A stretch of 64,000 bases of DNA, from the NCBI RefSeq assembly GCF_036588685.1, contig NC_086377.1:29264001-29328000 (forward strand), written 5' to 3'. The DNA is from Mytilus trossulus. Taxonomy: Eukaryota. The position numbers were made by a program, and so were the translations under genes. A model generated the notes under the pieces. That model was not told the origin of the DNA, made no database searches, and worked only from the letters and a program-made list of their open reading frames with translations. Shown here piece by piece: positions 12,001 to 27,000 of the stretch (position 1 is the first letter of the stretch; every line of letters begins with the position of its first letter).

Positions 12001-15000
12001 TGATGAAATAGCTCATTCGCAAATAATCAAAATAATGTCATTTAGACGGCAAAAACAGTTCATGTAAATCTCACCTTTATCGCCATCAGTTCCTTTGTCA
12101 CCATCTGTTCCTTTTGATCCCTTCATTCCTTTAACGCCTTTCATTCCCTGCATTCCTTTCATGCCTTTATATCCCGTCTCTCCTTTCATTCCTTTGGTTC
12201 CCTTATCGCCTTGTGTTCCTTGTGTTCCTGTCATTCCTTTATCCCCTTGGGTTCCTTTTGCTCCAGCCATTCCTTTGTCACCTAGCGTTCCTTTTTCTCC
12301 AGTCATACCCTTGTCACCTTGTGTTCCTTTTTCTCCGGTCATACCCTTGTCTCCATCTGTTCCTTTTGATCCTTTCATCCCTTTGACACCTTTCATTCCC
12401 TGCATTCCTTTCATGCCTTTATATCCCGTCTCTCCCTTCATTCCTTTGTCTCCTTGCGTACCGATCATACCCTTATCGCCTTGTGTTCCCTTTGGTCCAG
12501 TCATTCCTTTATCTCCTTGTGTTCCTTTAGTTCCTGTCATACCTTTATCTCCCAGAGTTCCTTTATCACCGTCTGTGCCTTTCTGACCTTTCATTCCCTT
12601 GACACCTTTCATTCCTTGCATTCCCTTCATTCCTTTATATCCCGTCTCTCCCTTCATTCCCTTTGTTCCTTTATCGCCCTGTGTGCCCTTTTCTCCTAAA
12701 TCCCCTTGTGTTCCCTTTTCTCCTGTCATTCCTTTGTCTCCTTGAGTTCCTTTCAAGCCGGTCATTCCTTTATCTCCTTGTGTTCCTTTATCTCCATCAG
12801 TTCCTTTGTCACCTTGTGTTCCTTTCTCGCCTGCCATGCCTTTAACACCTTTCATTCCCTGCATTCCTTTCATACCTTTATAGCCTGTCTCGCCTTTCAT
12901 TCCCTTTGCACCTTGATCACCTTGCGTTCCCTTCTCTCCTATAATTCCTTTATCTCCTTGTGTTCCCTTCAATCCAGTCATTCCTTTGTCTCCTTGTGTT
13001 CCTTTTTCGCCTTCCATGCCTTTAACACCTTTCATTCCCTGCATTCCTTTCATTCCTTTGTATCCTGTTTCCCCTTTCATTCCCTTTGTACCTTTATCAC
13101 CTTGTGTTCCCTTCTCTCCTGACATTCCTTTATCTCCTTGCGTACCGATCATACCCTTATCACCTTGTGTTCCCTTTGACCCAGTCATTCCCTTATCACC
13201 TTGTGTTCCTTTTGTTCCTGTCATACCTTTATCTCCAAGAGTTCCTTTATCTCCGTCTGTTCCTTTCTGACCTTTCATTCCCTTGACACCTTTCATTCCT
13301 TGCATTCCCTTCATTCCTTTATATCCCGTCTCTCCCTTCATTCCCTTTGTTCCTTTATCGCCCTGTGTGCCCTTTTCACCTAAATCACCTTGTGTTCCCT
13401 TTTCTCCTGTCATTCCCTTATCTCCTAGTGTTCCTTTTTCGCCGGTCATTCCTTTGTCTCCAACAGTTCCCTTTTCTCCCTTCATTCCTTTTACCCCTTT
13501 CATACCCTGCATTCCTTTTATGCCTTTATATCCCGTCTCTCCCTTCATTCCTTTAGTTCCTTCAGCACCTTGTGGTCCTTCAATTCCCTTATCTCCTTGT
13601 GTTCCTTTTTCTCCTGTCATTCCCTTATCTCCTAGTGTTCCCTTTTCGCCGGTCATTCCTTTGTCTCCATCAGTTCCTTTGTCTCCATCAGTTCCCTTGT
13701 CACCATCTGTTCCTTTTGATCCCTTCATTCCTTTTACGCCTTTCATTCCCTGCATTCCTTTCATACCTTTATATCCCGTTTCTCCCTTCATTCCTTTAGT
13801 TCCCTTATCTCCTTGTGTACCCTTGGTGCCAGTCATTCCTTTGTCTCCCTGCGTACCTGTGTTAAGTAAAAGAAAGTTGCTAAAAAAAATATTCCCTTAT
13901 AAAAATAGATTTTGTTAATCTAAAAACGTATGTATTACTAGTTGCATTAAGACATAGACAATATATTTCTATTGAACCACAAAGTTCAATTAGTTGTCAC
14001 GAATCAGAACGTATCGAGTAGCAACTATTTATGACTTTGACAGTTCAATTATTGATTTTTTCATTTATTAGAAAAGTTTTATCGCTAAATATCATCCATT
14101 TTTATACCAATTGAAATCTCTTGACTTAAGAGGTAGTGTTGTTTGCCATTAAACATTCTCTTGACTTAAGAGGTAGTGTTGTTTGCCATTAAACATTCTC
14201 TTGACTTAAGAGGTAGTGTTGTTTGCCATTAAACATTCTCTTGACTTAAGAGGTAGTGTTGTTTGCCATTAAATATTGATTTGCTGTTATTGAATATCAA
14301 TTGTATAGTCGACCACGGATTATCGGGCACGACCTACGTACCCTTTCGAAAAAAACCTGCGTTTGCCACCCGTTTCCATGTGGTTTGTTTAATCATACTT
14401 TTTTCTATAACAGTCAATTTAATTTGACAATTTTGAGAGGGGTTTCTGTGTCCATTTTTTGTAATACTGTAAAAATTCTGGGTAGAACTCTTATGAGACT
14501 GTTTGAAAGAAAGCTCTTATTCTAATTTGGATTAATTGCCATCATATGTAGTTGATCATGAACTATACGTCAGTGTGTTCCAGGTATTCTATAGGAGTTA
14601 TGGGACTATTTTTGGGGGAGTATTGTAAGATTCATACATGTACGTTGTGAACGCAACTCTTCTAAGTTTTTTTGACATAGTTACTCTCGTATACATATAG
14701 TACATTTACCATATTGTGACATGCCCGGCGAAGAAGGATTGTTTTCTTAGGTCATGTTGACGGTTATGCTTCGACTTATTGCCGCCCTAGCATCTATCAA
14801 CAATAATTCATTCAAGAAATACGGTAGCTTAACACATATGGAAATTCACATACGGAAATTAAGAATACGGAAATTTAGAATACGGAAATTTGATGTAGAC
14901 ATCATATTGTGTGGTGTCTTTTAATTCAATTGTGCACATTTCATATAATGTTACGTAAACAAAAAGCTACTCAATATTTCTTCTTTATGCATATTTTTTT

Positions 15001-18000
15001 CAACACACAAAGCTGGCCTAGAAAAACACTATAGTTTGAATAAGCCACTAATTAAGGTGGTACCAAACACTTTAACTAAAATTAACTTGACTCGTTTAAT
15101 CAATATCTCAATAATTACATTAGATGTAAGTTTCATTATAATACGTTATTCTGATTGGCTAACATGTTATTCCGTAAACAATTGCATCAGACAATAACAT
15201 TTATCATGCATGATGACACGAGGTCCCACAAAAAAGTGCACAGGTGAATTAAATAAAACTGGATAAAAATCGCGTTTTCATGATTTTAGCTAAAAAAATG
15301 TAATTATAAGTATTGAATACTTCTTTTTGAAACTTTATAGGGTTGTAAAAGCGTTGACCGTGCGTACATTTTTAGAATGAAGCGCTTCCGCGCTTCATAC
15401 AAAATGTACTTCGGTCAACGCTTTTACCACCCAATAAATTTACAAAAAGAAGCATTCAATTCTTAAATAAAAATGTGATTGACCCCTTGATAAATCAAAG
15501 CCTGAAAGGCTGTAAAAGCAATTGCTGCCATGTTTATGTTTTGGGGACTTTTTTTTCATCCATAAGAATTAAACATGACAGGAGTGTTGTCTAGTGAGAA
15601 TTAAGAAGGTTTTAACTTTATATCAATTAAAGACTTTAGCAGAAAGTCATTTTTAATATGTTTTATATTTCACAAGGAGACAACACGTTTACCAGACTAA
15701 ATTTGGGGTCAAATATACATGTGCTGAAACATATAACTCCAAGAGAAATATTATGGATTATCCCCTAGTAGTGTTTGTAACTGGGCAATAATTTCCTTTA
15801 TTGATTTAATTTTCATAATTAATTTAAATTTAACACTTCAGTTAAAACATTTCAACTTTCCAGACGCAAATGTTGAAAAACGGGAAAGAAACAAAATATT
15901 TTACAAGACATAAACATGTAAAAAAATAAATATATATTTCAGCTGACTAAAAATATTTTCATAATGTTACTTTGTCATCATTTCTTAAAAACTAAATCCC
16001 AAACATTATTGCTCAGTTGATATGTGTCATCCTCATGCGGTACGAGATAACTATAATTCTCATGCAATCCCGAAAAGAGGGGCCATCACAGACAAACATG
16101 ACATCAAATCGTCATTATACGAACAAGAACAAACAGCTCTAAGTTGCTTTGATATTTATCCAATTTTCAGGAAACATTGTGAAAATGATCTTCAATATTT
16201 CGAAAACATGTGAAATAAAATTGCAAACACGGTGGACCGTCGAGGGTCAACAAACGTAGTAGACTCGTCCATTGGAAAGACGAGGATAATGGTTTCATCA
16301 TTTGTCATGCATACCCAGTTTTGAATATGATATCCAAAAAGGATGTACTTTTTTTAATCTATGAAACTAGAAAATTCCAAATTGTAAATATCTCTTCATC
16401 TGTACTTGGCATCTATCACGTTTGGACGGGTCCATTTCATTAGTAAGGTGATCGATAAATCTTACGGAGTATGACAAAAAAGGAAAACAAACTTATTGTT
16501 ATGTGTTTTTAACAAGGGTTTCGTTCCTCCAAATTATTTGCGCAAACAAATCAACAAAATAGGTCAGTTAACTTTGTCTATTTTTAGATTACAGGTCATC
16601 ATTTGACACTACGTATAACCTGATAACCTGTGTAGTGATTTTGATTTTACGATAAATTTATGAATGAACGATAAATTTATGAATGAACGACAACTTTATG
16701 AATGAACAAGAGCACCTGACCTCTTTCTTAAAAAAAAACACCAATTAAACATATAAAACCGTATATCATAAAAGATAATTCAGTCAAATTTTCAATACTA
16801 ATCAACAACTGAAATGATTCCATATTTTGTTGAAACATCGTACGAACGGAAAACGGAATCACAGGTATAAAAATGCATTTTTTTCACTCGGACGTCTATG
16901 TTTTTTGATAGTCAAACGGTTGTCCCCCTAAATACAAAAATACATCTACAAGAACGTATGCTGAAACTTCTTAAATCCACTAAAGTTTTTCAAAAGTTTC
17001 AAGCTATGTATTGCATTAGAAAACATACATAGGTGTTTAAGAATGACAGACCAGGAGCCTGTTTAACAAAATACTATGGCTTGATCTGGGCGGAGTCTCT
17101 GATCTGGGTCACAAAGATGGCCACACGCGACGGCATGAAAGCAATTGCTTTAAAAATTGAACCACATACTTTATCGGAAAATTTTCTTTGGACGCACACA
17201 AATTTTTTATCAACTAGAAGCTTGATATTTCCGTAACAGTAGAAACGTTCCGCTGATTTTTACAGAGTTATCTCCCTATAGAGAAATGTACAATCTTAAA
17301 TCTAAATTTAAAAATACCTTTATTTCCAGTTTCGCCCTTTTCGCCTTTATCACCCTGTGTACCCTTATTTCCTGTCATTCCTTTATCCCCTAATGTCCCC
17401 TTTTCTCCTTTCATTCCTTTATCTCCTTGTGTTCCTTTTAGTCCTGTCATTCCTTTGTCTCCTTGTGTTCCTTTATCTCCAGTAGTTCCTTTGTCTCCAT
17501 TTGTTCCTTTGTCACCATCTGTTCCTTTTGATCCTTTCATCCCTTTGACGCCTTTCATTCCCTGCATTCCTTTCATGCCTTTATATCCCGTCTCTCCCTT
17601 CATTCCTTTGGCTCCTTTGTCTCCTTGTGTTCCTTTTGGTCCAACAACTCCTGGCGCTCCTGTTGGAATCAGTCAGATTTTCAATTCAGACAAAATTATG
17701 AAAGAACGTATTAGACTTAAATAAGCAGTAGAATGCTACATTATAATATAATGTATTAATGTTTTTCTTGAAATTTTACGATACTCGGAAAAAAGTTATT
17801 GTAATATGAAACAATAGTATCTAGAACCAAGAAATAAATGACCACATCAAACGACAATAAATAGAACCATGCACATATATCATGCAGGCAGGTTCTCGGA
17901 CACCATCTCGCATTATGGATCATTTAAAAAAAGTGTTATTGTATTTACATGGAAATTATTTGAAAGTTTAATTGTTGAAAGGAAATCCTCCCATGTAATG

Positions 18001-21000
18001 TTGCACAAGCACAAAATTTATTTACAGGAATATTAACAGTATATACAAAGTACGTTGGCAAATATGTAGATTTGACATTATATGAAATGTCTTGTTAAAT
18101 AAAATATATGAACGGTCGACAATGTCTCCTTCATGACAGTCTTGAACATTAAAACTAAATATTAAATAAAAGACACTGCTTTTTGTCGAGCCTTCGACTT
18201 TAGTCGAAAAAGCGAGACTAAGCGATCCTACATTCCGTCGTCGTCGTCGGCGTCGTCGGCGGCGTCCACAAATATTCACTCTGTGGTTAAAGTTTTTGAA
18301 ATTTTAATAACTTTCTTAAACTATACTGGATTTTTACCAAACTTGGACAGAAGCTTGTTTATGATCATAAGATAGTATCCAGAAGAAAATTTTGTAAAAA
18401 TAAAATTCCATTTTTTCCATATTTTACTTGTAAATGGACTTAGTTTTTCTGAGGGGAAACATTACATTCACTCTGTGGTTAGGGAGCTACCATTTGATTT
18501 TTATAGGGGGGCAGGATGAAAATTTTTGTCCTGCATTTATTTTTAGCTGTAATCTCTGTCCTGCCTTTTTATTTTTCACTCTGTTCGGTCCAGCCTATTT
18601 TTTTTTTAGTTTATCCTGCCTTTTTTTTTACCTAAATTGTCGTCCTGACTAACTTTTTTTGCAAGTGTCTCATCCTGACTTTTTTTTTTACTCAAAACTC
18701 CTATCCTGCCTATTTTTTTCAAATTTCATCCTAGCCCCCCTCCCCTTTTTAAATTAAAAATTTTAATAACTTTTTTAAACTATCCTGGGTTTGTACAAAA
18801 CTAGGACAGAAGCTTGTTTATGATCATAAGATAGTATCCAGAAGTAAATTTTGTTAAAAAATAAATCATTTTTTTCCATATTTTACTTTTTAATGGACTT
18901 AGTTTTTCTGCGGGGAAACATTACATTCACTCTGTGGTCCAAAATTAGACAGAAGCTTATTTATGATCATAAGATAGTAACCAGAAGTAAATTTTGAAGA
19001 AAGAAAAATCCACTTTTTCGGGTTTTACTTTTAAATGCCCAGGACTTTGATTTTCTTCCAGTTAACATTACATACGTGTATTAAAAGTCTACAGTTTTTA
19101 AAGCATTTATTAGATTCATAAACTATGCTGGATTATTACCAAACTTGGACAGTAGCTTCTTACAATCAAAAGATTGTATCAAGAGGAATATTTTTATTGA
19201 TTTTTTTCCTCATTTTTGTTGAGCCTGTGATTTACAACACAAGTAGGCGAGACACTGGGTTCCGCGGAACCCTTACAATTTTTTTCAGAATAATCAGCGA
19301 CCTCTTTTTGCCAAAAAACTATATTATCCACACTGATGTTTGTCAACACTTGTATCTAGACCAAATAATTGGACTTTTTGTTTTAACATTGAGCTATTAT
19401 AGTCTGAATTATAGTATCTGAAATATCAATGACTCTGTCTAAAAACCAAATCAGAATTTTACGAAACATGGACAGAGAGGTAATTTGAAAAATAATGGTT
19501 TCTGTATTTACAGATTGAACGACCTTTATCCGTTTGATATTTGAATAAAATGTGGGGTTATTTGTCTAAAGACCCCTATTATTGTGTCAAGCCTCTTCTG
19601 AATTCTAAAACCTTGTAGCAGACGTTTTTCAGGGATCAAGAGATATTCTCGTTTGATAAAATATTTTTTTTAACGATAGCAAACAAATATTCCTTTTAAA
19701 TTCCCAAAGTTTTTTTATCGAACAGATGGATTTATTTTTTTCATTCATAAATAGCTTTAACATACATTATGGAATTATTTGGGTTTTTTTGGCATTATTT
19801 ACTTTTTTTAAACTTTCATGGGATCTTACGAAACTTGAAAATAATTTGATCAAGAGTACGTTATAGCATGTAAAGAAAATAATCGATTGTTTTTATTTTG
19901 TGCGCAATTCCACCCTCAAAACATTGTTGACTGGAAGCAGCATTGGCGCAAGGCAGACACAGGTTTCCATGGGATCCGTTACGAATTGGGCAAATATGAC
20001 TACTTAGGGAAATACAAACACCACCAAAAATCTGTCTCTGAGTTATCAAAAGTAACACCAACAAAACGGTAAAAATATAATGTGAAACTAGTAATTTTTA
20101 AATAAATTTTGAATGCAGTTGATCCACTTCAAAATATGCAGTGTTTTTACCTTTAAGCATGCACTAAAAAATCAATTAAGCTTACATAAGAATAAAAACA
20201 AGTACCTTTATCTCCATCTGTTCCCTTATTTCCTGTCATGCCCTTGTCTCCTTGTGTTCCTTTCAGACCAGTCATGCCTTTGTCTCCTTGTGTTCCCTTT
20301 TCACCAGTCATTCCCTTATCACCAAGTGTTCCTTTATCGCCCGCTGTTCCTTTGTCACCGTCAGTTCCTTCATTTCCTGTCATCCCTTTATCACCCTGTG
20401 TTCCTGGTAACCCTTTGTCACCATCTGTTCCTTTTGATCCCTTCATTCCTTTGACTCCTTTCATACCCTGCATTCCTTTCATACCCTTGTATCCTGTTTC
20501 TCCCTTCATTCCTTTGATTCCTTGGTCACCTTGTGTTCCTTTTTCTCCGGTTTCCCCTTTATCTCCAAGTGTTCCTTTGTCACCGTCTGTTCCTTTGTCA
20601 CCGTCGGTTCCCTTGTTGCCTTTCATTCCTTTAACGCCTTTCATACCCTGCATTCCCTTCATACCCTTGTATCCTGTTTCTCCTTTCATTCCTTTAATTC
20701 CTTTATCACCTTGTGTTCCTTTTTCTCCCTTGTCACCATCTGTTCCTTTGGACCCTTTCATTCCTTTAACTCCTTTCATTCCCTGCATTCCCTTCATACC
20801 CTTGTATCCTGTTTCTCCCTTCATTCCTTTGATTCCTTTATCACCTTGTGTTCCTTTTTCTCCTGTTTCCCCTTTATCTCCCAGTGTTCCTTTGTCACCG
20901 TTTGTTCCTTTGTCTCCGTCGGTTCCCTTGTTTCCTTTCATTCCTTTATCTCCAAGAGTTCCTTTATCCCCTGTCGTTCCTTTATCTCCCTGTGTTCCCT

Positions 21001-24000
21001 TTGGTCCTGTCATTCCTTTGTCACCTAGAGTTCCCTTTTCTCCTTTATCACCATCTGTTCCTTTGGACCCTTTCATTCCTTTAACTCCTTTCATACCCTG
21101 CATTCCCTTCATACCCTTGTATCCTGTTTCTCCTTTCATTCCTTTAGTCCCTTTATCACCTAGTGTTCCCTTTTCTCCTGTTTCCCCTTTATCTCCAAGT
21201 GTTCCTTTATCTCCTGTCGTCCCTTTATCACCTTGTGTTCCCTTATTCCCTGTTTCACCTTTGTCTCCATCAGTACCTTTTTCTCCTTTATCACCCAGTG
21301 TTCCTTTTTGTCCCTTGTCTCCTTGTGTACCGTCACCACCTATGAAGAAGCATTTTATATTTTATACGCATATCTTATCGAAACGTTGTTTTTAGAGAAA
21401 ATCAAAACCCTCCCAAACCAAATGCTCAAAAAACGAAGACGATGATAAGTTACGCCTATCACCGTGAACGTATTATAAACCGTTCCGATTGATTGGTTAA
21501 TTTTTGGTTGCTTAACGTCCAGTGGCAAATATTTCATGCATGTTAAGGACTATAATAAACCGTTATGTAGTATGGTCATAATTTATAATGATTAGAAATC
21601 AGTTCCTTTAAAATGTTTGCATAAATGTGTATGTTTTCAAATAGCTATCTGAAAAAAGGCACACTGTTCCATTAGAGTCTACTAAAATATAAACTATTAA
21701 GAATAAAACGAAAAGATCATTCACGAATTTAAACATCGCAGGATGAATCTTTTTTTTTTCATTTGGTTAAGCTATCGGATTTCCTACACAAAGGTTACTG
21801 GTTCGATCCCCGTTCCGGGATAAACATTTCAGGGACTGAATTACCAGCTCTCCCTTGACACCATTTGCGAGTATGGTCTTGAGGAAACGATGATGGTCCG
21901 TCGGAAGGGGACGATAAATGGCTGATTCGTGTTAAGAGAGAGACATATCTCTTGCATGTTAAAGACACCCTTGTAGATTTCGAAAAAGAGCAGGATAATG
22001 CCGCTACAAGGCTGCATTCGCACCCGCAAAGTGGAAAGGGGTTAATATAAGTTGCAAAAACTTGTTTCCCAATCTACTATAAATAAATGTGTTGAAACAA
22101 AACTATGAAATATTACCGATTGTGTTTATTTTGTGTCATCGTGTATATCACGATCTTGATTTGATAGTTCTTATTTTTTTTGGCATTTTTAATTATTAAT
22201 CTTGACTAGACAAATACAAGGAACATTCATATATTACCGAATAACCGAAACCTTAATATCTCTCTACCTTAAGCTTTCTCCCAAGTTATCAAATATATGA
22301 ATTACGGTTTGACTTAAACAGGATAAGATAATCGTTGTTTTTCTACGCGTTTATTTTTCACTTTCGGTAAATTGTTTTACCTGTTCTAGTTTTTGTTTTA
22401 TTGCAATAGTAGAATCTTTTTTCCTTCTTTCATATTACATGTAGGTCGATCCGTAAATACTAAGATTGCACTGTGTAACACCGAGCTTCCAGACAATAAA
22501 AAATATAAATACAAAAAAACAAAATTTACATTACCTTTATCTCCTTGTGTTCCTTTATCTCCCTGTGTTCCTTTAATTCCCTTAACACCTTTCATTCCTT
22601 GCATTCCTTTCATGCCTTTATATCCCGTTTCTCCTTTCATTCCTTTAGTTCCTTTATCTCCTTGTGTTCCTTGCTCTCCTGGCATCCCTTTATCTCCTTG
22701 CGTTCCTTTATCTCCATCAGTTCCTTTATCACCATATGTTCCTTTGGATCCCTTCATTCCTTTAACTCCTTTCATACCCTGCATTCCCTTCATACCCTTG
22801 TATCCTGTTTCTCCTTTCATTCCTTTAATTCCTTTATCACCTTGTGTTCCTTTTTCTCCTGTTTCCCCTTTATCTCCTAGTGTTCCTTTATCTCCTGTCG
22901 TTCCTTTATCTCCATTGGTTCCCTTGTCTCCTTGTGTTCCTTTATCTCCAATAGTTCCTTTATCCCCTGTCGTTCCTTTATCTCCCTGTGTTCCCTTTGG
23001 TCCTGTCATTCCTTTGTCACCTAGAGTTCCCTTTTCTCCTTTATCACCATCTGTTCCTTTTGATCCCTTCATTCCTTTAACTCCTTTCATACCCTGCATT
23101 CCCTTCATACCCTTGTATCCAGTTTCTCCTTTCATACCTTTAGTCCCTTTATCACCTTGTGTTCCTATTTACAAATCAAATATAAATACAAAATATTTGG
23201 AAAATACCAGAATATACCGCAGCTTACAATACTCATAATATTTGATTTACGGTATTCTGTATTAGTTAACATTAAATATTGCACATTTGTTTCTATTCAT
23301 TTGAAATGTTTCAATCTTAGGTTTGTTTTTTTCCTTGGTGGCATCTTTATGTTCTTTCAAACTTCCATATTTAAAAAAAAACACAAGGCGCAATATAAGC
23401 TAAAAGGGCAACCAACTGTGGACAATGTAAATCGAAACTGCCACAGGAAACGTTTACGAAAACACAGAGTTTATAGAGTTGACAAGTTTGACTGAAGTAA
23501 GAACATTTGACGACAAACTAAGAACACTTATTTTGGAAGAATTTTTCACTGAAACAGAATTGACGGCCTCAAACAAAACATGCAGTTCTTTGATAGAAGT
23601 TGAACTGTCGTTTTTTCTCTCTCTCTCGATAAACTATCACGTCCTATAATTCATCAAACATTTAATATAAAAAAGAAGATGTGGTATGATTGCCAATGAG
23701 ACAAGATGAACTCTCTACAATAAGTCCACTTAAGTGGGTAGATCATTTGTCTCGGAGCTAACTCTTAAAATCATATTGTTTTCTAAACAGTATATCCCCT
23801 TAAATTATATACATGTACCAATATTCTGGTCGAAATCAAGACACATTCAATAAGTATACACTCTCAAATACATTAACTGATTAAGTGAAGGAGTATATAT
23901 ACATATATTTCAAGACAAAAAAAAAAAAAAACAAGATACTAGTAGTTCTCTGTACCGTAAATATATCCTAAATATCCTGATTTTTCAGAAATTATTGCCA

Positions 24001-27000
24001 GCTTTTATCATTGCGAAAAATGCGAAAGAAACTTGTGATCGCATTTTTAAATTTATATATAAATAAAACAGGACTTTTCTCAAAATGGCATTTCAGTCTA
24101 AAATGAAAAAATGCAATAATAAATGCACACAATAGTTTTTGAATCTACAGTATCTAAATTCAAATCTCACCTGGTTGTCCTTTATCTCCATCGGTTCCCT
24201 TGTTTCCTGTCATTCCTTTATCTCCTAGAGTTCCTTTGTCTCCTTGTGTTCCTTTGTCTCCTAATGTTCCTTTGTCGCCTGTCGTTCCCTTGTCACCTTG
24301 TGTTCCTTTCGCTCCTTTGATACCCTTCATTCCTTGCATACCTTTCATGCCTTTGTAGCCTGTTTCTCCTTTCATTCCTTTATCTCCTAGAGTTCCTTTG
24401 TCTCCTTGTGTTCCTTTGTCTCCTAGTGTTCCTTTGTCGCCTGTCGTTCCCTTGTCGCCTTGTGTTCCTTTCACTCCTTTTGCACCCTTCATTCCTTGCA
24501 TACCTTTCATGCCTTTGTAGCCGGTTTCTCCTTTCATTCCTTTATCTCCTTGAGTTCCTTTCATGCCTATCATTCCTTTGTCCCCTTGTGTTCCTTTCTC
24601 TCCTATCATTCCTTTATCTCCTTGCGTTCCTTTGTCTCCATCAGTTCCTTTGTCGCCTTCTGTTCCTTTTGCACCTTTCATTCCTTTCACACCTTTCATT
24701 CCCTGCATTCCTTTCATTCCTTTGTAACCTGTCTCGCCTTTCATTCCTTTTGTTCCCATATCTCCTTGGGTTCCCTTTGCGCCTTTCATTCCTTTGTCAC
24801 CTTGCGTTCCCGATGGACCTTTTGGTCCATCTTCTCCTATTGCTCCTTTGTCGCCAACTGTGCCTTTATTACCAGTCACTCCTTTATCTCCATCTGTTCC
24901 TTTTGATCCCTTCATTCCTTTAACTCCTTTCATTCCTTGCATTCCCTTCATTCCTTTGTAGCCTGTTTCGCCTTTCATTCCTTTAGTTCCTTTATCGCCT
25001 TGTGTTCCTTTTTCACCTGTATCACCTTTATCTCCTTGTGTTCCCTTCTGTCCTGTCATACCTTTGTCTCCATCTGTTCCTTTAGATCCCTTCATTCCTT
25101 TCAATCCTTTCATTCCTTGCATTCCTTTCATACCTTTATAGCCTGTCTCGCCTTTCATTCCTTTCGTTCCTTTATCACCTAATGTTCCCTTTTGACCTGT
25201 CATACCCTTATCACCCGTGGTTCCTTTTCCTCCTGTCATTCCTTTATCTCCTTGCGTTCCTTTATCTCCATCAGTTCCCTTGTCACCTAATGTCCCTTTG
25301 TCTCCTTTCATTCCTTTAACTCCTTTCATTCCCTGCATTCCTTTCATTCCTTTGTAACCTGTTTCGCCTTTCATTCCTTTCGTTCCCTTATCGCCCTGTG
25401 TTCCTTCTGGTCCTGTCATTCCTTTATCTCCTTGTGTTCCCTTTTCACCTTTATCTCCGATAGTTCCCTTTTTTCCCGTCATTCCTTTGTCGCCTTCTGT
25501 TCCCTTGTCTCCTACAGTTCCCTTATCTCCTTGTGTTCCTTTTAGTCCTGTCATTCCTTTGTCTCCTTGTGTTCCTTTAATAAAAAATAAATTATATTAA
25601 CGAGATATAAGATGAAATATATATGTTTACGTGATTTCTACAGGTTTTAGGTAGCACCTAAATCAGAATAATTGTCCGACGATTATTTAATTCTACAAGT
25701 TTTCACAAATATACACGGATAGTTTTGTTCTGTTTTATTTCATTTTATGTGGATTGTTGTATCCTGGTCGACAAATACAGGGAGTTGTTTAGTCTGTTAA
25801 TGTGTCAATTTGCCGTTTCGGAATCTAACCCTGTCTGAGTAATATTTTCAAATGCTTACACCAACACGTCGTTATTTGCTAACAACGTCGCAAACAATTG
25901 AAATTAAACCAATGGCATGACTTGGTTTTTATTTTAGGGTACGAACAATAAAGGTACCCATAGTATTTTAGCTTTTGAAACGGAGGATTGGGTTTTATTT
26001 CCGATGGGTAATTTTGACTGAGTCTTGTTTTTAATGGCGTTTAAAGATTTTATCGTAGAAGATTCCAACCCTGCAAACATGTCTGATCCCGATCCTTTTT
26101 AATTTTTTGTCAGTTGTTCGAGTTTTGTTTTTGTGTTGTTGCTTTTTTTTTTAAATTAGGTTTATCTGTATAGTGTTATCATGAAATGTTCTTCCCTGTA
26201 ATAAAAGAGGGACGAAAGATACCAGAGGGACAGCCAAACTAATAAATCGAAAATAAACTGACAACGCCATGGCTAAAAATGGAAAGAACAAACAAACAGA
26301 CAATAGTACTGTACTTTGAAATACTTTCATGGAACACAGTGATAATGAATATTCCCTCTAGCATGTTTGATTTCGTATAACGAAGGACGTTACCCCCCCC
26401 CCCTCTTGTTTTTGTATATCATTAACAGACATGAGGATTCAAAAATTCTGCGTCACTCACCTATGTCAATACGCGTATTTAACAATATTATAGGCACTAT
26501 AAAACGTTGTGGATAAGAATAGAACATATGATATTTTTGTCTATTTACAGTTTCTGAAGGACACCTACGGGTGCGGGTGTTTCTCGCTACATTGAATACC
26601 CATTTGTAGCCTTCGGCTGTTGTCTGCTCTATGGTCGGGTTGTTGTCGCTTTGACACATTCCCTATAACCTTTCTCAATTTTATCTCTCTAAAATTTTAG
26701 CCCAAACCCCAAAATGGTTGACAAAATCGGCATTACTGAAAATCGTCATTTAATGGCAATAAATTCTATCAAAAGCCTACCGTGGATGCCATTTGAGGGT
26801 ACTAACTCCTATCAAGAGTCTACCATGGGTGTTGATTTAATATGACTTATTAAAAATCTTACTTTGCTCATAATTTTTACTTTTAAATTGTTCATCTGTC
26901 TTTTATCATTTTATAGATAATAGAGAAAAGGGGTAAAAGTTACTGCTTAGAGGTAACAATTATCATTGAAGAGCAAGATCTCTAATAGAGTGTCGACTTA

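Noticed and set aside
14117-14276. CRISPR-like array
   Set aside because: Identical units with no unique spacers, in a eukaryotic intron.
18022-18279. Poly-Arg ORF
   Set aside because: Translation of the HINE microsatellite.
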